From Asterias rubens (Eukaryota), in NCBI RefSeq assembly GCF_902459465.1, contig NC_047063.1:3224001-3288000 (forward strand): 64,000 nt of DNA, in the 5' to 3' direction. Below the pieces are notes generated by a model that was given only the letters and a program-made list of their open reading frames with translations, was not told where the DNA came from and ran no database searches. Of this stretch, positions 1 to 20,564 are shown piece after piece (the stretch's first letter is position 1; each line of letters starts with the position of its first letter). Both the position numbers and the translations under genes were made by a program.

Positions 1-786
1 AGACTAGTCTTAATTATTTTTGTGTGAAATCCATTTTCAATTATGTACATCTGTGTTTGATCTTTTCCTGTTTTAGTGGAGCGGGTAAGAAATGCGGTAG
101 AATTATTATATCAGCAGAAGAAGTCAGTGACTGCAAGGTAAGATTGACAGACCTTTTTTCTTTTATTTTCGCTCTTTTATGGCGTTTTTTTTCTTTAAAG
201 AAAAATTCCATGGCGATCGAAGGTTGATTAATATGCAAATAAACAGAGAAGAAAAAGAACAAAAAACTACACTATTACAAAGTTGAGACATAAATGGTTT
301 AGGAGAGAAATTGTTTACAATGAATACAACAAAATTGTTTGAAAAAAAATGAAACAGTAACCTGGATAAAAATATTGTAAGCGCAGCCCGGTGAATCCTT
401 GAGGCTATCTTAAGAAGCGCATACAAATCTGCGTACTAACATTGTCAAGTTTCATTTGTTCAATGATTTTGGGTTGAACATAGAAAAATTGGCTGGAGTG
501 GGATTTGAACTACCAACCTATGGATTACTGTACACTTGGGTGTGATCCCTGGCTATACTTGGCAGGTAACAGTTGTATGGCTTCTGCCTGACAACCTCAA
601 CCAAAGATACTGACAAAATAGCAAAACTGACAGCATAGGGTTAGATTGAGCCCTGACACTTCAACCCTTGGTTTTGAATACCCCTTTGGTAAATGATCAC
701 TTCTTCAGCTCCAAATCATTTGAAACTTGATCAAGTTATTTATCCTGGTTTTTATCTTGTTTTCATATTTGAGTACTAAGTTTTAA

Positions 787-10534
<9,748 letters not shown>

Positions 10535-10619
10535 CCCTCTTGTCATAATCAACTAGATTTTACAAGCGCGTATACTGTGGATCAAACAACTGTATAGACC
10601 TTATGTAGTGACGTCATCA

Positions 10620-10776
10620 CAGGCCTGTATGCTTCGATTTTGAAAGGGCAAGTGCACCAAGGCATTTTCTCCTTGGTAAATGGACACCCTATGAGGAAAG
10701 AATTTTCTACTGGAGCATTTTAAGGGCACCAAGGCAATGACCAGGGGCACGGGAGGCAATCGCCTGTCATCAGGCT
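10620..10776. mobile_element. CAGGCCTG-ended short element (hAT-like termini)
   Basis: Shared core GGCACCAAGGCAATGACCAGGGGC...GGAGGCAATCGCC; other copies at about 18656-18819, 24165-24375, 24670-24844, 32680-32760 and 61768-61939. Confidence 0.6.
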
Positions 10777-12629
10777 ACTAATGCAAATGCGCATGGCCCA
10801 ATAGATCCCTTGCATGTGACGTCACACGCTCGAAAAGCACCCTCACTGGGGTCAGAAAGGGCCCTCATTGGGGTCAATGGAGGTAAATGAATGGACAATA
10901 GCTGTTCTTTGTGCGTAGGGCGTGAGCTCAGCGTCTGTGTAGCGTTCCGCGTGGTGCAAATGCAGCTTTTCTCCTGTGGGCAATGCGCCGTATCGATACC
11001 TATTGTCTTTTACCCCAAAACAAAAGAACTAAAAAAATGCTAACCAAAAGCGAGTGCTCTGTGTGCATGGTAACAACTTGGAGCACTTGTAGGGTCCTCA
11101 GTACGTATGTGTTAAAAAGATATTTTTTTTAGCACAATCCACGAGTTTCAAATGAATCATGTTTTTACACAGTCCCCTTAGTAACTGCATACAGTTAGAC
11201 ATGTCACAAGATCAAAAGATGAGAGGGGAATGGTTGCTCTATGATTTGATGCCTCTTTTGATCGCACACTCTTGGTACTTCTCAGACACAGAATGGTTCA
11301 ACCACAGGACTAATTACAATATCCAATATATTTGGATATTCTAAAGTCACACTTCCAGAGGTTATGATCACGTAAGGCACTCTGGGGGAAATGGCGCAGC
11401 GCGCTTGCGTATCGCTGGGAACGAGGTTGGAGCCACCGAGCAACCTCTTCTAGATCTCTAACAAGAGGACGCCTTACTCGGATGGCATCATTTGCACAAG
11501 TGGAACAACGTGGAGTTTTGAAAGATTCCATTCATTCTTGGGTTTTTTAAATGATACATGAGGAATAACTGAAAATTCCTTTCAACTCGTATATTTTTTT
11601 AATAAAAAAGTGTTTATAAGTCGCATCTATTTTTTGTCTACTAAACTTATTAAAGATGCCTTATCAGTAATTTTCTTAATATTCATTTGGCATTCCCAGT
11701 TATCATTGTTCAGTAATTCTTGCACATGATAATGTCTCAGGGGTGTTGGGTTTGTCCCGGTGTTCATGGTTTGATTGGCAGCACTCTGCGCTACTGCACC
11801 TTGTAAAACCATTACATGGTACTATGTAAAAGAAGTAGATCTCATAATCAAGCGAATAGCCCCTCATACTTGCAGTTGCAGGAAAATACTGAATGTTAAA
11901 GCGCCTTGAGCTTCACTGAGTGGCGAATATGTGCGCTATATAACAAGAAGCCACTGTTATTATTATTATTGTCTCATAAAAAGTACTTTAGTAAAGTTAG
12001 GGTCATACTTTGATGTTGTCTTGACTCTGAAAGAAAATTGTTTTTCCAAAAGCCTCCTTGTTATAAAGATGGCAATGGTAGTAAGCATCCTCTGTGGTTA
12101 TTTTGTCTGAAATGCCCACGATGGTTATACATCACTTAAAAGGAAGTAGAATAAAGCAAGACAGTTCTCTAAGAACAAACTCTACCTGGCAAGTAGATAC
12201 ACACATGATGTTACCGCAAACCAAATGTACATTGATACCTCACCATGCAATGCCTCAAATCCTATACACTTAAAAGGCGACAACAAATTTGAATCTCTAA
12301 AGGTTGCCTTTGGGCAGATCAAATTTCCGTTGTGTCTGTTTGTTAATGCTGCAGACAGATATGCAGTTGAACCCGCTGCTAACTGTGGATGGATTTCTCA
12401 TTCTCAATGAAGATACAGTGACATTTTGGGGGGGGCTGTTTTGGAAAGAAAAAATCAGATAAAAGTAGGAAGACTATCATGCCTGCTTAAGTGCTGCAAA
12501 GTTAAAGCTAAAGTTATACACTTCCGTCTCTTTTGTAATATAGATGTGTGTAAAGTAGATAACTTGGGATTGAGTAATGTATAGTTTTATAGTAGCCCTG
12601 ACAGCCTTACACTTCCGTATCATACTACT

Positions 12630-13012
12630 TTAAAGACAGTGGACACTATTGGTAATTGTGAAAGACTATTCTTCAAAGTTTATGTATCTCAACATATGCA
12701 TAAAACATCAAAGCTGTGAAAATTTGAGCTCAATCGGTCGTCGAAGTTGCGAGATAATAATGAAAGGAAAAAAACACCCTTAGGAAGTTGTTTGCTTTCT
12801 GATGATTGATTTCGAGACCTCAAATTCTAAACTTGAGGTCTCGAAATCAAATTCGTGGAAAATTACTTCTTTCTCAAAAACTACGTCACTTCAGAGAGAG
12901 ACGTTTCTCACAACGTTTTATACTATCAACCTCTCCCCGTTACTCGTAATCAAGAAAGGTTTTTTGATGATAATTATTTTGAATAATTACCAATAGTGTC
13001 CACTATCTTTAA
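12630..13012. mobile_element. MITE family A
   Basis: TTAAAGACAGTGGACAC...GTGTCCACTATCTTTAA. Confidence 0.85.
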
Positions 13013-13683
13013 CGATTTGAGCCACAAAGAACCTGACAAAAGGAACGTAGGTGAGAATTTTATGCATTAAACATTTCACCGTAAATGCAACATGAGAGTG
13101 CTGTTAAAAGAACAACTGTAGAAAGAATAATGTGCCTTGTGAGTCTATTTAGTCTCATTAATAAATTGAAGACATTGGAAAAATACCCCCCAAAATAATT
13201 GACCAGAGTGGGACTCAAACCATCGACCTCCAGATACGGCGCTCTCCGGCACTCTACTAACTAGACCTTGTGGCCACCTAGGGTTAAATTGCCTTCTTCT
13301 CCATACAGCTGTTAAATATCCATGACTTGCAAGAAAAAGAAAAAAACTGTGCTGGACAGAAGTAGCTGAATTTTGTCAATTATTTCAGTAGTAATTTTGT
13401 CAAGGAAGCATAGAACATTTGGGTACAATTTTCATGGCGCTGCCTATAAAGCAGATAAAGTATCTAAGCACAAATACCTGTTGTTTACTAAGTTCTTTCT
13501 GTAAGCTTACTCAATTTTTTCAATATCATAATTTTCAGTTTTTCCACTGATATCTTTTGTAACTATATTTTTCATCATGTGTTTAATTCTTAGAGTACAT
13601 GTATCATGTATCATTATTCATCTTATTAGAGGTACTAAATCAAGATCGGGGCTCGAATTTGGGGGAAAATTTAAATGAACATG

Positions 13684-14476
13684 TAGCCTTGATCAAGGCT
13701 GTGTAATAGTTTGCTTACTTGAATAAAGCTAAAAATGTGCATAACCACAGCCGCACGAATGCGGTGCCTGAATGCAATGCGTCTTTAAAGGAACACGTTG
13801 CCTTGGATCGGTCGAGTTGGTCTTTGAAAAGCGTTTGAAATCGTTTGTTATAAAATGCATTATGATTAGAGAGATATTTTAAAACTAGAATATAATAATC
13901 CACACAAGTATCACTCAAAATTGCGTGGTTTTTCTTTTACCTCGTCGATTAACACGGTCAGCCATTTGTGGGAGTCAAATTTTTGACTCGCATAAATGGC
14001 CGACCATTTTAGTTCGCAAAGTAAAAGGAAAACCACGCAATTTCGAGGCAAATTTGTGTGGATCATTGTATTCTACTTTTAAAATATCTTTCTAACCATA
14101 TGCATTTTATAAAAAAAAACGGTTTCAAACGCTTTTCAAAGACTAACTCGACCGATCCAAGGCAGCATGTTCCTTTAAACAGCACACCACGCTCTCACCC
14201 AAGGAAGCACACAAACGCACATTTCCACAGTCCCACACACCGCTATATTCCACAAACCGCTATCACCCACAATCCCAGCCTGTGAGCTGTCGGGCTAGGT
14301 TTGTGGGCGATAGCGGTGAGTGGAATAGCGGTGTGTGTGTTGGTGAGAGTGCAGTGTGCTATTCTTTTTAGAGTCAGTCGTGGGACTGGTTGTGTGTCGC
14401 ATTCGGGCGGCTGAGGTTTATCCTTGCTCAATGGTTTTAGCTAGAGTAATTTTCTACACAGCCTTGATCAAGGCTA
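13684..14476. mobile_element. TA-flanked TIR element hosting the family B MITE
   Basis: TIR TAGCCTTGATCAAGGCTGTGTA at 13684-13705 and its reverse complement at 14455-14476; degenerate subterminal match extends about 85 bp. Confidence 0.65.
13785..14178. mobile_element. Foldback (whole-length palindromic) Kolobok-type MITE family B
   Basis: TTAA|AGGAAC...GTTCCT|TTAA; the two ~190-bp arms are reverse complements along their length, centred near 13980. Confidence 0.85.
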
Positions 14477-14696
14477 ATGACCATATGGGTTGTTGCGAAA
14501 AATATGTACTGCACGGAAATTATTGTAAAACAAGACAGTTGAGTATGCGTACTGGTGTTTCTTAAGGAGCCTTATGACATACATGTTTGGTTTTGAGTAT
14601 ACATCAAAGAGCTATTTGTATAGCTCTACGTATACATGCACATATTTCATTATTCAATAGAAATAAAAGGTTTCTATCAGACTCAAAGTCAACCTT

Positions 14697-15068
14697 TTAA
14701 AGCCATTATACACTTTCGGTAAACAGTATTGTCCAAGTCCCACACTTCGTGTATCACAACTGATATATAAAATAACAAACCTGTGAAAATTAAGGTTCAG
14801 TCGGGAGTCGGAGTCGGAAGAAAATAACGGAAAACCCATTCTTGTTCCCGCGCGTTTCGCCGTGTCATGACATGTGTTTAAAATAAATCCGTAATTCTTT
14901 TAACAAGAATTTATATTGTTTTAATGTTTTCTCAAAAAGTAAAGCATTTCATGGAACAATAGTTCAAGAGAAGTCTTTCACTTTTACCTTCTGTAAACCC
15001 TGTAAATTATTTGTAAATCTGTGAACTTTTTTTTTTTTTTTTTTACCGAAAGTGTATAATGGCTTTAA
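14697..15068. mobile_element. Kolobok-type MITE family C
   Basis: Perfect 27-bp TIR including TTAA: TTAAAGCCATTATACACTTTCGGTAAA; shares the internal AAATAACAAACCTGTGAAAATT block with family A. Confidence 0.85.
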
Positions 15069-16039
15069 CATCAATTATTTTTATTTATTTTATATATCAC
15101 ACAGTATAGTTTTATTATTCAATTGGAAAAAACAAGACTGCCAGAAATGTCCAGTGTCCAGCATGTTCAGTCCTGAGTTTACTGGACCGACACCAGTCGC
15201 TGGCCTCGGGGCCTGTGGTCCAGTGTAAGATTCGAGCCCTGAAGATAAATGTATATATTGTTTCTTGAATTATATCTCAAGTTGAGCTCACTTGTATGCA
15301 TGGCCTTATTGTTGTTTCCATATCCGTTTGAACTGCATATATAAATGCATTGGAGTTCACATGGACTTTTTCAATTTATGGGCAGAGTGTTTATAATCTG
15401 AAATGACTCAAATGGGTACTCACTTTCAGGAATTGCTTGATACTTTTTTCCCGAGGACTGTGAGAGAGCTTTGTACATTATTTTATAACCTTTTTTATAT
15501 AAAGTTTTATTCTAGGAGATTATTATGTTTGTGTATTCTGTTCTGTAGATTCTTCGGAAAAAGTAGGGTAATAGAAAATTACACCAAGTAATTATTTGCA
15601 CTTGTAGTTAATTAAAATGCAATTTTGAGTTGGTGAACATGTGTATATTCAACACATTCTTAGATACTTTAATTGTCTCTTAACATCTTACTAAAAGGAG
15701 AGGTGCTGGTGTTTATTTTAAAGAGTTTTCAAATCATGAAAAAGAACTTTATATATGTAATTGTACAATTGAATCCAAATAAAATATTCAAATGAGAACA
15801 AGTTATACATAAAAAAAACAGACTGTCTCTGTTTGTATAATGGATCTACCTTCAGCCAAAGTAAATTAGTTAATGACATCTGTGCTCTGCCCTAGAACGG
15901 TAATTCGGCTAACCTGCAGCCACAACACACCTTTTCCCCATGCATTTGATTAGAAACTGTTGCACCCTAACCCTCCTACAGTGTGACCAATCAAACTACT
16001 CACCATTGTTTTGAATGATAAAAATAAGCTTCGTCTACA

Positions 16040-16810
16040 CTATGATGTATTGTGCTAACAGTCAACCCTCCTACTGGTTCCCATTCAATATCAACTGTGG
16101 TTTTGAAAGATAAATGAGCTTTTCCAGGCTGCAATATGATACTATGTTTTACTAGTCAACCCTCCTACTGTCTTCCCATTCAATATCATCCACTGTGGTT
16201 TTGAAAGATAAATGAGCTATGCCAGGCTGCAATATAATGTCCATGTGTGAACAGTCAACCCCCCACTGTCTTCCCATTCGATATCATCAACTGTGTGGTT
16301 TTGAAAGATAAATGAGCTATGCTAGGCTGCAATATGATAGCATGTGTTACCAGTCAACCCTCCATCTGTCTTCCAATTCATTATCTTCAACTGTGGTTTT
16401 GAAAGATAAATGAGCTATGCCAGGCTGTAATTCCATATTGTGTGTTAAATGTCAACCCTCCTACTGTCTTCCCATTCAATATCATAAACTGGTTTGGAAA
16501 GATAAATGAGCTATGTCAGGCTGCAATACGAAATCATGTGTTACCAGTCAACCCTACTACCGCTTCCCATTAAATATCATCCACTGTGGTTTTGAAAGAT
16601 AAATGAGCTATGCCAGGCTGCAATTCCATATCATGTGTTAACAGTCAACCCTCCTACTGTCTTCCCATTCAACATCAATGGCTGTGTTTTTTGAAAGATA
16701 AATGAGCTATGCCAGGCTGCAACATGATGTCATGTGTTAACAGTCAACTCTCCTACTGTCTTCCCATTAAATATCATCAACTGTGGTTTTGAAAGATGAG
16801 CTATGTCAGC
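16040..16810. repeat. About 98-bp tandem array, 8 units
   Basis: GTCAAC anchors at 16061, 16155, 16254, 16353, 16451, 16547, 16644, 16743; whole units are homologous with no unique spacers. Confidence 0.92.
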
Positions 16811-17549
16811 CTGTTGTTATGTGGTGAATGCATGTGTGCACAGCCACAATCATGGGCTACACTTTTTGTTATAAAGACATCAAATGAACAACATTATAAA
16901 TATTAAGTAACTCTTTTCAGATCTTGTATTTGACAAACTGAAGCACTTTTTATTCATCATTGACACAGATATTGATTAATGATATATAAATAATATTGAG
17001 ACATTGATTAACATTCAAATGGGCATTTATACATCTTAAGACTATCATGACGCAGCGCAACATCAATAAAGGAATGTTTATTGCAGTCCTCATCAGGGAA
17101 GAATTGAGGGAAGTTTTGAACAAAGCCAGTGATGAAAAAAAGTTTAATATGCTCTTGGAAACTGTTTCACAATTAAGAGGCAAAATAAGTAAACGATTTT
17201 TTACCCCATGATGATTTTTTTTGTCCAGGATTTTGGTAGAAGATGTTTATTATTTGAGCTCAGACTGGCAGTAATAATGATTAATTGCTTCTGAGACATA
17301 AAGTGGTAATGTGGCTTTTGATGAGCGAACGACACACACAAAATGATCTTGAAACTGATTTTGTCCTGAAAAAGATCTGTTTGATGTGCTCATTAGTGTT
17401 TGACAGGGTTACAATATTCAAGCGGCAATATTATATAGGCGAAACAAGCGCTTAATTTGATCAAGGATCTTGTCTTAATCCAATATTAGTAAACATAGTT
17501 AACTAGTTAATCAAAACTTGGTTTCCAATTGTAACAGACATACAGCCAA

Positions 17550-20394
17550 TTACCACATGTATCTCTGCAAGCCCGGGGTGCCCTCCCAGAAAAATGGCCG
17601 CTCCATATACAAATACAACGTGACACTGTTCACTACAGCACCTAGCAATAACTCCAGACAGATCTTCCAGTAGGACTGTAACGGCATGTGAATCCTGAAC
17701 ATCAGATAAGGAACGATGAAATAGCGTAACTCTAAGAGACGCTGGGGCACTGTGACCACAGCTACACAGATGAAGTACACAAGCTTCCATAAGCTGCTGT
17801 GTCTGGAGAGGCTGTCCTGCATGCACCAGTTCATGTAGACGACGAATGGAACGATGGCGTATTTGATGAGGTCGTGGCGTTGGTACAGACGCCAGATACT
17901 GGAGACGTAATGTCTGTTGTCTGACAGGACGTAGATGTGGACGTACGTCAGGTAGTGCACGGCTAACAATCCAAGGCAAGTCAGGGCGAGGTTTGCGAAG
18001 GGGCGTCTCAGACACGCCTTCAGGAACCTGATTGCACTGTATGGAGAGAGGACGTAGGGCAAGGCGAAGACGGCAGTGAAGATCATGAAGTAGAAGAGTT
18101 GAGGGACGTTCAAACAGGGCTCATGATTACTCTTATCTCCGAGCACGATCCCTTTGTTGACGACCAGGAAAGCCATGAACACAAAGGCAACGATGCCGTA
18201 GGGCCAGAGGACCAGTATCAAATGACCCAGATTGGATAACTTCAGGATGTACAAAAGGGATTTCTTGATAGATGCGAGGATTGTCTGAATGTCGTTGGGA
18301 GCGTCGGGACTCTGCTGCTCACTCCTCTCACCCTCCACCTCTTTCACGAACGTCACGCCCGCCGTGAAGACGACCCAGACGATGTTGGACTGGCGGAAGA
18401 TGACGCAGAGGACTCCCATGATGCCGGCCATCAGATGGTTGCCGTGGAGACTGAAGAGATACATGATGAGGATGAAGAAGGTGGATCCCGGATCGGTGTA
18501 GTAGAGGAAGGAGAAGAAATAAAGGACGGGCAGATGAGCGAGGGAGGCTGCTGTCAGTAGCGGCTTGTAGGTTTGAGATGCCTGGGAAAAAAAGAAGAAG
18601 TACAGTTTCATTATTGCAAAATGGAGAACTTGGAGATGGAGTATTCTATCAAGTACAGGACAGGAAAGGGCTAGGGCACCAAGGCAGTTTCTCCTTGGTA
18701 TAGGATACCCCTTGAGGAAATTGTATATTTCTACTGGAGGATTTCAAAGGCACCAAGGCAATGACCAGGGGGGGCATGGAGGCAATCGCCTTTGTTGCCT
18801 CCGTGAAGTACCAGGCCTGATAGGATTCAAACTGGCCACTCTTAACTAGGTGTACTTGTTGGTCTTTATGGTGGAAAGACATTTGCTTTAGAATGCAGGG
18901 TTTGTGGGTTCCAATCCCAACCTAGAAGCATAGCCTGTGTGTGGACATGTTTCCACAGGACTCTGAAAGCAGTGAGTATGCAGTGCATTATTAATCCAAC
19001 ACATCGGTGTATGGGTACACCAAATTTGAAAAATTTAAAACAAAGTTGTTGCTTTTCTGCATGCAGTAGGCCAGTTGTTTGTATAAAAAAAATTACAAGT
19101 ATTTTTGTAAGTTGTTTACCTACTTAACTAGGCAGTCTTGGTACATGTCTCAACCCCGCCCCCTGCCCCCCAAAAAAACCAAAAACAAAACAACAGCAAC
19201 CAATACCAACCCAATATAGCACATTCATGTTACTAAACCCTAAACGGTTATTAAACCAAAGAATTTGCCTACCTTGTCATGTTTGTGGAGTCTGACGATC
19301 AGAGCGTATAACATGTAGAGGTTACCCACGGCAAAGAGTACGTTTGTAGATCGTAGTACAGTGGTTGTACACACCTCCGACATGTCTACCAGCATCAATT
19401 CTGTTATCGGTCTTAGAAGACCAACTGAAGCTAGGTACAGACCAGGCAGGGTAGTGATCATTGGGTCCCACTGGAAGTAAAGAGAATTAGAGAACATAGA
19501 TCAGGTTTGAGTTTAACCAAGGCAGAGTGACTCGTCAGTGATTACATACAAATACCCCAAAAAGGTTTTACAGTGATTTACTTGACTTGGCATGATATTG
19601 ATAAGTTTGTTGTTCATTAAATTAAATGCAGTATTTTACATTACACAACCCCTGTAGTGTAAATTATCTTCCCATCTTCTACTATTTCTTAAATATTATG
19701 CAACCAACCTGTGAAAACTTCATTAAATCTGGCGTCTTGATTTCATGCGGTTTTTAAGTGAAAACAACACACGGTTTTATGTGCAAGGTTTACATATTTA
19801 CAATATTACGTGTATTCCCCAAACTAAGTCTAGAAGAATCCCTAATCCCACCACATATTACTACTAGTAGTAGTGTAGTACTATTGCCTTGGCCAAGAAT
19901 CCATGACTAATTTGATTGAGCAAGCATTGTCATTTATTGATTACAACCTTTAATTCTAAATTTAATAGCAACAAAACAGCCTGATCAGTCAGTGCCTACT
20001 GACTAAAAATATTTTGTAGCACAGTGCTGGTTCAGCCAGTCAGTAGCACACATCCCATATCCAAAGCAGCAGTGAGATAGCACACAGTGACAGGTGTCAC
20101 ACTCACACACAGTGCAGTGCATGCAGTGCAGTGGTGGTGAGAGTGCAGTGCACATCACCGGTGGTCCACCACACACACACACACATGCACGGTGGGCGGT
20201 TAAAAGTGCCCTTAATCTTCGTTAATTACCTCATTGAATGAGCCATTGCAGTATTTTTTGGCTTGTGGCACATGAAAGATCTCATCCATGTAGGGTTGTG
20301 GCTGTACTTTGTTGACATGGTAGAACAAAACCGAAGTAAAAGCTAGAAACATCGAGAGGACAACAGCCAGAACAACATTCATGGGCGCCGCCAT
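17550..20394 (-). CDS. ALG10: Dol-P-Glc alpha-1,2-glucosyltransferase ALG10 (464 aa)
   Basis: Exons 20394-20230, 19470-19273, 18581-17550 (TAA), all phase 0. Motifs PYMDEIFHVPQA, WDPMITTLPGLY, YYTDPGS, FRQSNIVW, NKGIVLGDKSNH, LSDNRHY, PQRLLELRYFIVPY, RPFFW...QRYMW; multiple transmembrane segments. Confidence 0.96.
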
Positions 20395-20564
20395 CTTGGT
20401 TTATTGCATGGTACCCTGACTCTCTTTGGAATTTTATCTATTAACTTGAGAAGGGTAACTGACTATACTCTGCTAAAAATTAAAGGGAAACGTGAGTTCA
20501 TGAGGTTCAACTTGCTAGCAACCGCGCTTTGATTTACAAAGTGAATTATGCCATTTATTTTACA
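20387..20564. promoter_or_regulatory. Bidirectional promoter/5'UTR region of ALG10 and TPRKB with a YY1-type motif on the ALG10 start codon
   Basis: Divergent ATGs at 20394 (-) and 20565 (+), 170 bp apart. GCCGCCATCTTG at 20387-20398; RFX-like CTTGCTAGCAAC at 20511-20522. Confidence 0.7.

Noticed and set aside
16040-16810. Regular ~98-bp array as a CRISPR locus
   Set aside because: Entire units are homologous with no unique spacers, there are no cas genes, and the context is eukaryotic.
17503-18015. 170-aa alternative-frame ORF and antisense ORF 18289-18501 in ALG10 exon 3
   Set aside because: Shadow ORFs of a GC-richer coding exon, with no recognisable domain or independent splice signals.
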